DNA from: Octopus sinensis
Taxonomy: Eukaryota
NCBI RefSeq assembly: GCF_006345805.1
Contig: NC_043005.1
Location: 77,934,001 to 77,998,000, forward strand
Length of the DNA: 64,000 nucleotides
Reading direction: 5' to 3'
This document shows positions 13,931 to 27,264 of this stretch, piece by piece. Numbering within the stretch: position 1 is the stretch's first letter; every line of letters starts with the position of its first letter. The notes beneath the pieces were generated by a model, which did not search any database, was not told the DNA's origin, and saw only the letters and a list, made by a program, of their open reading frames with translations. The translations under genes and the position numbers were made by a program.

Positions 13931-16007
13931 GCATTTTGTCATTCACATAATGCAGGAAGAAAGTTACTCACTTTTCGCACGTACTTTTTCTTTTCAACGA
14001 ATTTGTTGAGGGACTTATTTGACGGTCCCAAGAGCCACGAAGAAGTCTTAGCAGGACTTGTATTAGCTCAAATAAGTTTATATTTACAGCTATATCTTTC
14101 TGTATTGTCATTACAAAAAAAAAAAAAAAATTAAAAAATGAAATTCTCTCGAGTCTGTGCAGAGAGATGAACAAAGAATGTCCAGGGTACCACATAAATC
14201 CCTACTTCAATTCTTAAACGACAGTGAAACTAAAACTTGTTTCCAATGCACATTTTTGTCTCAAATTTTCAGGGCAAAACGCAGCCTTCTCGTCGAATGT
14301 CACGTCCCACAGCATTTTCTCTTTTTTTTTTTCAGTGGAGAAGGAATATATTTAATGAAAATAAATTTCGAGGCCATAGACATAAATAGCTTATTCTTTC
14401 TCTTTTAATGTTCTAAAAAATTAATGTCTTCTAAGTAAAACTTCACTCTTCTTAATGCACCTTGTCTGAGACCGCCTCTGGTACTTTGGGAAAAAAGAAC
14501 GCACCTGTTTTAAATTGTAAATATTTAAATTATTACCTTCAAATTTAATTTTATATAAGAGCTTTTGCTATGGCATAAAGACCAGTTGAATACAAAAATA
14601 AGTGATTCGTTTTTTGTCGGAAGAGCTCGAAGCAGATAAAGCTATAAACCTGTTAACTTTACAGATGTGAATCTCATCCCACGGGTAGCATTCGAATTTT
14701 ATAACCAAATACTTTTAAAATCATATTTACAGATTTATTAAGGCGGCAAGCTGGCAGAATCATTTGACCCCAGACAAAATGCTTGCCGGCATTTCACTGG
14801 CTTTACATTCCCAGTTCAAATCTCGCCGACGTCGACTTCAGCTTTCATTCATTCGGGGCTTATAAAATAAGTACCAGTTGAACATTGACGTCGATGTAAT
14901 CTACTTGTTCCATCCACCGAAACTACTGCCCTTATCCGAACTTTTGAAGAATCCTTACAAAACGCTTAGCGGCAGTTTACCGGCTTTACTTTCTGAGTTC
15001 AAATTCCGCCGAATTCGACTTTGCCTTTCATCTTTCAGAGTCGAAAAAATAAATAACACTTGAGCAGTGTTGTCGATGAAATCAACAAGTAACTCTCCAA
15101 AATTTTAGATTTCATACCAATCCGTAGAATGGAGTATTTATAGATTTATCTATTTCGTGTTCCACAGATAAAAAGTGAATTATTTCAGGTTCTCTCGAAG
15201 TTTCTAAATTCTCATGACGTAAATAACATGCAATCTTGTTGGTGAAAACAAGGTTTCTAAAATGGATTGAGAAATTCGAAAGATTGCTTTAGTACCATGG
15301 TAGAATGACTGTCTTGCCTTACAGGAGATGTCGGTTCAAACCCCAAGGGCAGCCTTCGACTTCATCTATTCCAAAAGGGATTTGCAAACCAATATTCACA
15401 AGCTTTATCTCTATTCTTAGAGATATTCCATAAAAGTAGTAGTTCGCATTCTCTCGAAAGATTATAAAATTTTTATGACGTCAACAATATATAGAATGGG
15501 CCAAGGGCCACGCGCAAAACATGTTCAATACACTCGGGAATTGTTAAAGATATGCTTCAACTTTTCTAAAATTTAATAAAATAGATAAAATAATGATTAC
15601 GTGTACATGATCAAACAAACTGAATAATAATAATAATAATAACGTAATATAAACAGAATGTCACATGTTTTGCTGCGTGAGTTTTATCCCACCGTATATA
15701 TATAAATATATATGTGTGTGTGTGTGTGTATGTGTGTGTGTGTGTATGTGTGTGTGTGTGTGTGTGTTTGTTTAAACTATTTTACATGTATGATAAGATA
15801 TGTCTTCTAAAGACTATGTCTCCTTGCCATGCATTAAGATATGAGTTCAAATCTGTATGCATTTGTTGCAAACCAAAAATGTATAAAAATGCGAGCATGC
15901 AATTATATGCTTACAAACTATGCATAATTTGTAATTTATTTTTAATGCACAGTTTTTAAATTCTTTTGTTCTGGAAATGGGCGTATGAATGTTCAATACT
16001 CGTATAT

Positions 16008-16049
<42 letters not shown>

Positions 16050-16210
16050 ACATATTCTCACCCTCTCTCTCTCTCTTTTTCTCCCCCTGTCTCTGTCTCA
16101 TACATACATACATACATACATACATACATACATACATACATACATACATAAATACATACATGCATACATACATATATGTTCGGGATTATTGAAATTGTCA
16201 GTACAGTATT

Positions 16211-16667
16211 GGGGGAAAACGAGGAAAAAAGGGAAAAGAAATGGATGTAAATAATAATTTATTTGCATGTTAGAAAAAGATGAAAGTTTTTTTTGAAAAA
16301 AAAAAACAAAAACATAACAGTACAAATAAGTTGAATTACAGGTTGAAAGCTTAAAATATAAACTAAAATATAATAAGGAACCGACATATGTGTTTCAGTT
16401 CTATTATCTAGTTGATGGGAATTTCGAAGGTTTTGCTTTAATGCTAAGAAATTTCTCAGCGTTAAACCAAAACCTTCAAAATTCCCATTAACTGGATGAT
16501 AGGACTGAAACATATATGTAGGCTCCTTTTATTTTTTGAGCTTTCAACCTGTAATTCAATTCACTTGTACTGTTGTGTTTTAAAAACAAAACTGTCATCT
16601 TTTTGTAACATACAAATAAAATATTAATTACATTCATTTCTTCTCAATTTTCTTCTTGTTTTCCCCC
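16211..16667. mobile_element. Palindromic fold-back MITE (~457 bp), old
   Basis: Left and right halves are imperfect reverse complements from GGGGGAAAAC to GTTTTCCCCC, centred near 16452 with essentially no spacer. Confidence 0.75.
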
Positions 16668-18139
16668 TATGTATATAGATATATAGATAGATAAACATAT
16701 ATCTTTAACTTGTTTCACTCAGCAGACTGATGCCATCCTGAGGCACTGTCTGGAATATTTTAGTCTTAAGAATCGACCCCAGTGTTTATTTTAATAAGCA
16801 TGGCACTTATACAATCGGCCTCTTTACCAAACCTCCAAGATACAGCGACAGAAACAAACCAAGACGTATATAAGACTTATGGATGCAGAAAATATTTTTA
16901 TCATGGCATTTATCATTTTTCTCACCTAAAAGAAAGGACACACATTGTAGTAATTCTGGTTGTCGAACTGGTGAGATTGTTGACTACAGAAGACTGGAAA
17001 TGATTGCCGTAAATAGGCTTATTTTTCGACAAAGGAACGTTTACTCGCAGCGAACGTAGCCATTTCTCGGGCTAAAAAGAAGACTCTTTACGGCCACTCT
17101 TTTCCGGTTTTCTGTATTAAACGATATAAGCATACCTTCTATAACCAGAATTACTACAATTTACTCTTCTAATAACGAGGATATGGCATCCGTCAATAGT
17201 GGTACTCAGGTAATAGAATATTCACTGAGGTTGCGAAAAGCCGACCGGCTGAATAAAAATTCGATATACCCAAATGATGGGGTATTAAATAAAAATATCT
17301 TAAGATAAATAACACAGTAATTGGCTTGGTACTCTGTCGGTTATGACGGCGAGGTTGCCAGTTAATCCGATCAACAGAACAGCCGGTTCGTGAAATTAAC
17401 GTGCAAGTGGTGGGGCTGTCTACATATATGGGCGCACTTAATGTAGTTCTCAAGCATATTCAGTGTGAGACACTGAATGTGATAGGGCCGACCCTTTGAA
17501 ATACAGGTACATATATGCTGGGTAAGTGGACAGGAGAAACATGAAATAAAGTGTCTTGAGCAAGGACACAACGTGCTACCGAGAGCAACAGGCTTATCAA
17601 CAGCGTACATATATTAAGTATGATGCACAGATGTCTTTTATAATCCTTTCTACTATAGGCACAAGGCCTGACATTTTTCGGAAGAGGACTAGTTGATTAT
17701 ATCGATCCCAGTGCGTAACTGGTACTTAATTTATCGACCCCGAAGGGAAGAAAGGCAAAGTCGACCCCAGCGGTATTTGAAGATGGTTTTTATAATGTGA
17801 TACTGCCTAAATTGTGTATACTGGAAGAAGTACGGAAAACTCGCCAATGACGGCTAAATTCATGATGTATTGATAGGTTATGAAATAATCTATATAATTT
17901 GAAAATATTAACAGGGCACATCTAAAAGAGACCCATTACTAGTTATAAATAGTTAAGTGCCCTTCAAAGATAACTAGTAGGGTGTATAAATATACACACA
18001 TTACATATTAGTCTAAATATAATTTTATTGATAATAAATTATCTTTCGAGGACACAAAATTTTGGATAGGGGTTAAACTTTCTAAGAGATAGTGAAGGTG
18101 CTTTCTTACAGGATAATTGAATCAATATCAGCTATTTCT

Positions 18140-18269
<130 letters not shown>

Positions 18270-18290
18270 ATATATATAATATATATATAT

Positions 18291-18325
<35 letters not shown>

Positions 18326-18393
18326 TAGATATATACACATATACTCACATACTCACACACACACACACACACACAGAAATATATATATACATA

Positions 18394-20219
18394 CAAGGGT
18401 TGGACAAAATAGTGAAACACCATAACATTTCAAACAAAATTTATTTTGATATAGGGTAGGACCGCCTTTGGCAGTAATTGCAGCTTGAATTCTACGCGGT
18501 ATGGACTCGTACAAAGTTTGAATTGCTTCCAAAGGAAGATTTCTCCATTCTTCAGCTATAACAGTCTCCAGTCCCTGTAGCGATGATGGTGGGGGATATC
18601 GACACATTACTAGTTTTTCTAAAATTTATCATAAAATAAATGTTCAATAATATTGAGATATGGGGACTGTGGTGGCCAAATAAGATGTTCAACTTCACTA
18701 GAATGCTCGGGCCAACCAGTAACAACTTTAGCTGTGTGAATTGATGCATTATCATCTTGAAAGATTGTGTTTCCCTCCGGAAACAGCTCTGCAACCATAC
18801 AATGAATTTGATCAGATAAAATGCTTAAATGGTCTTGACTATTAATTCTGCCATGAAGGAAAACCATTGGGCCGGCGGATTTCCAATATATAGCCCCCTA
18901 GGTCATCACAGATCTTCCTCCATGTTTAACAGTTGGAAGAAAGCAGTCTGGAGCAGCGCCCTGTGACTCCTATACTATGCACAAACGAAACCCCTATAAA
19001 TCCACGCGTTAACAGCACCAGGGTTAGAGCCCCTGACTCAGACATTCCGGCTGTTCAAGCAAGTTGCATAAAGACTGATGAAGGTACTTCTTTAAATCCA
19101 TCTGGAAGAACAGTAGCTGATGGCGAGAACAGAGGAATCAACCTTATGAATAGTAAAAAGTACCTGCAAATTGGAACTCTCAATGTAAGAACACTTAGGG
19201 AAAAAGAGAAACATCTGGAAGTGGCTGACAAATGCAAACTAAACATCCTTGGAGTAGTTGAACACAACTTTAGCTGAGTAAATTGGTGCATTATCGTCTC
19301 GAAAGATGGCGTTCCCCTTCGGAAACAGTTCCGCAACCATACGATGAATTTGATCAGATGAAATGCGTAAATAGTCTTGACTATTAATTCTGCCATGAAG
19401 GGAAACCATTGGGCCAGCTGATTTCCAATATATAGCCCCCCCCCCGCCCACAGATCATCACAGATCCTCCTCTATGTTTAACAGTTGGAAGAAGGCAGTC
19501 CGGGTCAAATGCTTCTTTTGGCTGTCTCCACACATATACTCGACCGGTGGGCATAAATAAGGTAAAGAATGACTCGTCTGAGAAAATAACATTCTTCCAC
19601 TAGGGATCAATTCTGTAGGTTTTTACTCCTCTCTAAACGCTTTGCAACGTTTGATTTTGAAAGTAGTGATTTTCTGATTGATACCCTCCCGTGAAATCCG
19701 GCTTTGTAAAGCTCCCGGCGAACAGTTTTTATGGAAACTGGGTTCTTGAGGTGTTCATTAAGCTCTGCAGTAATTTGGGGAGCTGTACTTTCGTGCTTCT
19801 ATTTAACAATTCGGGTAAGAATCTGATGGTCCCTATCTGAAAGTTTTGGTTTTCTTCCGGAGATTTGTTTCGACGAAGAGGTTTTTTTCCCCTCTTTCTC
19901 AAAGGTTGTTATTACTTTTGAGACAGTACTTCTTGATTCACCAAACATTTCGGCTATCTTCATTACGCTAGCTCCTGCCATACGAGCACTAACAATTTCA
20001 CCTCTTTGAAAATCCGATAGATCTGTCATTTTAATGAATTTTAATTACCTCTTTCTGATGACATCTGAAAAGAAACAGCAATTTTAGCAAAACCTATTAA
20101 ACAACATTAATAATGAATAAAGAAAACATAAAAATAATCATGCTTTTGACGGTTTTATACATATTTCAAAATTATGATGCTATGATGCTAGGTGTTTCCA
20201 TTATGTTGTCCAACCCCGG
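18394..20219 (-). mobile_element. Composite of two copies of the same Tc1 (DD36E-like) family with an intervening LINE fragment
   Basis: TA-flanked TIRs at 18394 and 20219. The 3' part is 18394-18950 and the 5' part 19266-20219; they overlap by ~230 bp of diverged sequence. Homologous to 54706-55969. Confidence 0.85.
18951..19265 (+). mobile_element. 5' fragment of an APE-type (RTE-like) LINE ORF
   Basis: KYLQIGTLNVRTLREKEKHLEVADKCKLNILGVVEH matches the N-terminal APE endonuclease motif (I-GT-WNVRTL ... ILG-E). Confidence 0.7.
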
Positions 20220-20431
20220 TATATACATACACACATATGTATATATATATTTGTGTGCGTCTATCAATGTATACGCATATGTGCCCACGCGTCGGTTTGT
20301 GTTAAGAAGCTTGCTTCCAAATCACATGTTTCCAGGTGCAGTCCTACTGCGTGGCACCTTGAGCAAGTGTCTTCTACTATAGTCTCGAGCCGACCAAAGC
20401 CTTGTGCGTAGATTAGGTAGACGGAAACTGA

Positions 20432-20485
<54 letters not shown>

Positions 20486-20977
20486 ACCACATGACTGCCC
20501 AGACCATCAGATGTTGTTACACATCGCTGGTCACAATGCGTTCGCATTGTTTTAGCCTTCGAATGACGCCATCCCGCTGGCTAAGCGAGCAGACCATATA
20601 CATATATATATATATATATATAAACTGAGTATATATATATAATTGTGTGTGTTTCTGTATGTATATATTTGTGTATCTGTGTTGGCCCCCCTTCCCAACA
20701 TCGCTTGTCAACTGATGTTCGTATGTTTACGTCCTCGTAACCTAGCGGTTGAACAAAAGTGACTGGTAGAATAGGTCCTGGTGTCGATTTTTTCGACTAA
20801 AGGCGGTGCTCCAGCATGGCTGTAGCAAATGACTGAAACAAATGAAAGAATAAAAATGAATACACAAACAAACACACACACACACACCAACGAATATATT
20901 TGCTTTTATAACTAAATATATATGCGCATATGTATGTGTGTTCTATATGAGTACATACAAGAATGTAAGCAGGTATG

Positions 20978-21014
<37 letters not shown>

Positions 21015-21393
21015 GTATGAAGGTATGTTTGTATGAATTTATGTATATATATGTGTTTGTATCTATGTTTGTAAGCATGGAGCATTTTCATAGATAGCGT
21101 TATGTCTGGATATTAGTCTAATCATACGACCGTGGTGTGTTTGCGCACACATGACATGTTCCATATAGGACGGAGCAGAAAATGGGTTTTAGTTATGTCC
21201 CCTCCCCGCCTCCAGTTAGATCTTAGTAGCGTGTGATAGATCTTATCATGATCATTGCACACCCAGAAAATAATGGGTTTATGTAGCTCTCCTTTAGTCT
21301 AGTAATACAGATATATCACTTGATTACGAGACTTAAAATCATAATTTTGATTTATGAGAATAAAGAAAAATATTGTATTTTTTATAGTATACA

Positions 21394-21474
<81 letters not shown>

Positions 21475-21478
21475 CTTT

Positions 21479-21888
21479 TTTTACTCTTTTGCTTGTCTCA
21501 GTCATTTGACTGTGGCCATGGTGGAGCACCGTCTTTACAGAGCAAATCAACCCCAGGACTTATTCTTTATAAGCCAAATGCTTATTCTATCGGCCTCTTT
21601 TGCCGAACCGCTAAGTTACGGGGTGGTAAACACACCAGCACCGGTTGTCAAGCGATGTTGGGGAGAGGACGGCAAACACAGACACACAAATATACACACA
21701 CACATATATATATATACAAATATACAACCGGCTCTTTTCAGTTTCTGTCTACCAAATCCACTCACAAGGATTTGGTCGGCCCGAGGCTATAGTAGAAGAC
21801 ACTTGCCCAAGGTGCCACACAGTAGGACTGAACCCGGAACCATGAGGTTTGTAAGCAAGCTACTTACCACACAGTCACTCCTACACCT
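21479..21888 (-). mobile_element. SINE family B
   Basis: Full-length homolog of 4001-4447. Confidence 0.8.
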
Positions 21889-21899
21889 ATATATATATG

Positions 21900-22800
21900 T
21901 ACTAGTATTAAAGACCCGTCATTGCCGGGTCATAGTGCTAGTGCATATATCTTGATATCGCTAGTAATAACAATACTCAAAATATATAACAGACTGGAAG
22001 TGTTAGCCCGTCTCTTGTAATTTCGATCAATTGTATCTTGTCCTCCCTCTTGTCTAGAAGTGTGGCTACAATCCAGCCTACCTCTACTTTTGGGGTGGGG
22101 TGGGGGGCATTTAAAATTTTTTCCGGGACGTCCTACGTCCCAGATATAGAGGTAAAATTAAAATTATTCCACTTTGCAAGTTCGAGTCGAGTACTCCCTT
22201 GCACGCTCCGTTGACTCGAACCTTGCTTCTATTGTGGCGAATTTACCGCCTCTGATTAGATATCTTTCATATTCGCACCAAGACACTTTTCAATGGTGCT
22301 TTCCTCCATGTGTTCAAATCTTCTTTTTTCTCTACATTGTATACTTTATAGACAATAGTCTTTTCTTTAATTTAATTTTTTATTATCCATCTGGACTATT
22401 CCATTTCTGCAAGCTAATTTTATTTTTGATTTATTCCCATTCATGTGAAACCACTTATTCAAGCTCAAGTCATTGATGCAATTTTATACCAATTGCTATT
22501 TTTACTTTTGTTATGTTACGATTATATTATACTTTAGTTTGATTTTAATTATTACTTACTACATATAATTCAATTGTTATTATTATTTTTATTGTTAAAA
22601 TGAAAGTATCTGACATAAAATAGAGAAATGTTTTTGTTTCACTTTTAACACGTAATACTGAAATAGTGGAGAAGATATGATATTGCTATGGGCTCGCTCT
22701 AGGCAAGAAGTTGAACATTTTTTGCCCATGAAACTACATGGACCCTAAGTAAGGCATTTGTAAAATTTGAATGAAATTGGTTGTGTAGTTCTCAACCGGT
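21900..22800 (+). mobile_element. Related Helentron/DINE-like element
   Basis: Starts TACTAG with hairpin GACCCG-tcattgc-CGGGTC. The sequence near 22620-22800 resembles a DINE-like 3' region and is followed by the HERO-like LINE. Confidence 0.4.
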
Positions 22801-23840
22801 GACTGACTGTCTTGTCAAATTTTTCCCTTTAAATACCTGCCGCATAGGCTCCAGCAGGCAGCCCCAGCATGTCGTCACGTGACACTGTCTCACCTTAACT
22901 GACTAGCGAAGGCGCGTAGTTTTAGCCCGCGCTTTTTCTAAACGACCGTCACCTGTCAGTCAGCTTGTCTCATCTAATGATGTTATTTCCCGTCGGCGTG
23001 TTTATGACTTTCAAGCCATTTTCGGTCTTCCCGCTTCAGCCATATATAGAAGCTGGCTTTTTCGACCGCCTCCTGTACTCACCTTATTAGTTTACGCAGC
23101 TCGGGGCTAGAAAAAACAAATCTTTTGAAAAGCGTTGTCATTTTCTTTTCAATGAAGCCTTTAGCCCCCACTGCCAGCTGATAATATTCGACATTCCATC
23201 CCTGTTCTCTGCATTCTTCGATTAGCTTTTTATACCTCTTCTCCTTTCGATCCTCTGCATTGCCGATGTTCTCTTCCCAAGGTACTGTCAGTTCTAGTAA
23301 AATTCCCATTCTCCGGTCTCTGTTCCAAAGAACTAAATCCGGTCTTTTGTTGATTTTATTAGAGGAAATATTACTTGTCTTTCCAAGTCCGTGGCCACCT
23401 CCCAGTATCCCTTCCATCTTTCGTCTATCTCGTATTCTTTACTTGTTTTATAACCTTTTCCCTCCTTGTGGAAGTATACTCTCTTGCGCTTTTCTACTTT
23501 TGGGTATTCTCCCCTATTGTACCTCTCGATCTTATCCTTGAGTGCTGCGCTTATGACACCGAGGACTTGATTATGCCGCGATGTATATCTTTCAAGTGCT
23601 AGTCTGCAACCTGACAGAACATGTCTAACTGTCGCTTTCTCTCCGCATCTACACTCGTCGGTTGTTTTTATGTACCACCGGACTAAGTTCGCCGGTGAGG
23701 GTACAACGTCGAAGGTAGACTTGATCAGGAAGGATGTTCTTGCTTGTTCCCAAGCCCAAAGTTCCTTCGACGATATTCTGCAGTTGATCACATATTTCTC
23801 CCATCTCAGGCACTGTCCCTGTTGACTGCATTGCACAACG
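22800..23840 (-). mobile_element. 5'-truncated RLE-type non-LTR retrotransposon, HERO-clade-like
   Basis: QQGQCLRWE...FLIKSTFDVVPSPANLVRW; CCHC knuckle CRC...HVLSGC; RHNQVL; RPDLVLW...LELTVPWEEN...K-KRY (PD-(D/E)xK nuclease). One frameshift near 23340-23375; 3' UTR ~22800-23078. Confidence 0.85.
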
Positions 23841-24040
23841 AAGAACAAACACAAAAACAAACAAGAACGCGAGGACGTGGTACATGTAAAGTATTAGCAG
23901 GCGCTCAGTGAAGGAAAGAAAGATGGTTTTACGTTTCGAGCAAAGTCTTCTTCAGAAACTGGAAACAAAGGAAAGTCCAATAGAAAAGGATGACGGAGGA
24001 AAAAATTGCCAACGATTCACAAGTGATTACATTTCGAAAA
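23841..24040 (-). mobile_element. PLE pseudo-LTR fragment with minimal hammerhead (23926-23959)
   Basis: The minus strand reads GTTT CTGAAGA A GAC-TTTG-CTC GAAA CGT A AAAC. It is homologous to the plus-strand copy at ~49700-49893. Confidence 0.65.
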
Positions 24041-24049
24041 ATGTGTGTG

Positions 24050-24105
<56 letters not shown>

Positions 24106-24276
24106 GGGAGTATTACTCCAAACTTACAGGGAAAAATTCAATTTAATATTAAATCAAATTTCACAATATTAATATATAATATATATATAAATTAGAGAAA
24201 AAACACCATTTTGCAATTCAAACAATGATAGGCATAAACCAAATCATAAATTAGGAACAATCATAACTTGAACGCA

Positions 24277-24594
24277 ATCTATATAGGATCTACTTCTTCT
24301 AAAATTAAATTAAGAGTGGCTCAGCATATGCATTCCTTTAAGAATAGACATCTAATGAATTCTACTGGACTTGGTAAATATATATGGGAATTTAAATCTA
24401 AACGAATTAAGTATAATTGAAAGTGGGAGATAGTTTGTAAGGCGAAATCATATAGTATAGGCAGTAATTCCTGCTTAATATCATCTAGTGAATTTAAAGA
24501 TATAATATTTAATAATCATAAGTCAGTTAATTCGATAGACGAGCGTAAAATTAAATGTAGACATAAATTACTTCCTTATATAATACATTTTTAG
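24277..24594 (+). pseudogene. PLE GIY-YIG endonuclease C-terminal remnant
   Basis: My translation: IYIGSTSSKIKLRVAQHMHSFKNRHLMNSTGLGKYIWEFKSKRIKYN*KWEIVCKAKSYSIGSNSCLISS...KCRHK. It matches the PLE pattern YIG-T..K-R..H..SF..ST-L-KYIWELK...W-I....SY..C....KCRH, with one in-frame TGA at 24418. Confidence 0.85.
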
Positions 24595-26500
24595 ATAAAT
24601 AGCGAGTACTTAAACCATATTTTTGTTACTAATTTGTTTGTAGTTATAATTTGTAGCAGTATCAATTCTATAAATTAGCATGTGATTATATATTGTATAT
24701 TACATAATTAATAAGTCTAAATTAAATATTTATTATTAAATATATAAATAAATAAATAAAATAATTAATTATTGTAGTATTGTTATTGTAGTCTTGTAGG
24801 GGTGTTTTGAATATAAGTAAAAAAGCGTTACTATATATTTTTTACATACTTAGATTATATTTTCATGTTTATTTAATTAATAAATATATAATTTAATTAA
24901 TGAATATAGATTAAAAGATAGTAATTTCATTACTATTGTTCTTCTTATTAGTGTTGTTATTGTTATTATTATAATACTTATTATATGTGTACTAAAATTA
25001 AAAGTAATAAGTATTATTATTTTAGGAAATAGTTTAGTAACGTTAAATACTTTTGAATACGTAGTAACTTTTTATGTACTATTTATTCATAATGATAAGT
25101 ACTTTATTTATTCCCTTAATGAACGAAGTATTAGATCTAAATATAAATTAATTTACTTATATAAGTTTAATTTATTATTTAGGATTTATTTTGAATATCT
25201 TTGAATATCTATTTGATATTTGAATATCTATTTGATATTTAATATATCGCCCGGCTGCTCGGGTTTGTTTCGACCCTTTAGAATTGGAATTTTTGAAAAG
25301 TAAACATTTTGCATTATGTAGATTTAAGTGAACATTTTTCGGGTTGAAATACACCGAAAAATGGCGACACAGCAGTCAAAAAATCGTAAAATATAGGGAT
25401 TTTCATAGAAAACAAAGCACCTTTTTGATGTAAATAATGTTTGGTGTTAACATGGTCCGATTTTAATTTTTTCTTTAAACAGAAGGTAGAGCAAGCCTTC
25501 TTCTACCATACACTCAAGGGTCTTGGAGGAGATAGTGTTAGTTGAAGGCTATCAAACCTGCCATAAACAGACAACTTCAGCTTTATATAGAGAGAGATTT
25601 GGTATAAGTGATATTGTACTTTATGGTTTGTGGTGGGGTTTTGTTACTTAGTCAACATGACTTTGTATTATATATTTCGAATTAGATTTATTTTAGATGT
25701 TTATTTAATTAATAAGTATAATTTATTAATGAATATTAATTACCTTATAGTTTTTAAATTAACTTATTATATTAAATTAGTGGTTAGAAAACTGATACTG
25801 ATTGAATTAGAACTGTGTCTATATAGAATGGGTTCAGGTGTTGATTTGTTCGAATAAAAGCGGGGCTCCAGCGTAACCATATTTATATAAATGAAGCAAA
25901 TAAATTTGTATAAGGGTAATAGAGAATATAGAGTAAATTATACTTATATAAATTAATTTAGCTATGTGGTAGTTAATTTAGAATGTTTTGGCCTCTAATG
26001 AAGGATATCCTACTGTTTAGTGATTTTATTCTTTCTTGGAGATTTTATTCTCTTTTTATTAAGGCTAAAATATATTTGTAGTTTTCATTGATAAAATGTA
26101 TATTTCATCTGTTTGTTCTATTTCTTTAAGCCACGTCTTCACGAGTAAATTTATAAACGCTAAGAAACATGTTTTTCGTTTTGAATTTTTTTACTTCATA
26201 ATACATCTTTGGAGAGATAAGTATACATTTTTATTTAAGAAATAATAATGTAATCAATATAAGTATTGATTGATAAATATGAATTTCTAATTTTTTTTAT
26301 TCGTTAATGATAATTTAGATACGGACATTTATTTAGTTATTATTATTTTATTATTATTATATCTGAACTTAAATTGTAAAATATTAGTTTGTCACTTTGT
26401 GATTTAGATTGTTAAAATTTTTTAGTATAAGTAAATGTTTTTTATATTTTAGTACTATTAAATTTAATAATAATAATAATTATAATAGTAGTAGTAATAC

Positions 26501-26560
<60 letters not shown>

Positions 26561-27162
26561 GTACTTTTTTCACAAATAATTTTATAAACGATAAGTAATA
26601 CGTTTTTAGTTCTGGAATTTTTTATTTTTTATTTCATAAATATTTTCGGAATGATATCTATAATATTTATTTAAGTAATAATGGAGTAATTTATTCATTT
26701 ATTTATATGTTTAATGATTGAAAAAATATGGCTTTCTAATTGCTATATTTGTTGATTATAATTTAGGTACGTACTTTTATATAATTTTATAATTTCATTA
26801 TTTTATAATTTTTATATGTGAACTAAAATCTAAAAATATTAAGTGTGATTGTTTTGTGAAATAGTTTGGTAATTAAATGTTAGAGTATAGCTAGGTTAAA
26901 GATATTCTATAGTTTATTAATGTTTTTTATTAAAGCTAACTTATATCTTCATAGATAAATACATTTTCTATCTATTTACTCTATTTTTTAAACTTAAATA
27001 TTTAACATGATAAATGTATTATAGGCACCTGGTCCTAATGTTTTAAGTTTCAAATTTAGTTAATGGAGTTTCCCCTATAAGAGCAATCATGATTTTATTT
27101 CTTTATGAAATATTGTTTAATTCTCTTTGCTTATTTATTTAACCATTATTGTTATTATTGTT

Positions 27163-27264
27163 GACCTGAGGAGTGACTATAATTTTAAATTAAATTCTTT
27201 TTCGATTGAATCTTAGCTTAATTGTAATTTGAATTTAAATTATAGCCATGAAACGTATGTAGTC
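27163..27264 (+). ncRNA. Type I hammerhead with long AT-rich stem II (PLE-associated); predicted cleavage after A27261 (GUA)
   Basis: Stem I GAC/GTC; CTGAGGA 27166-72; stem II GTGACTATAATTTT...AAATTATAGCCAT (~77 nt, imperfect hairpin of more than 20 bp); GAAA 27250-53; stem III AC-gtat-GT; H17=A. Confidence 0.65.
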
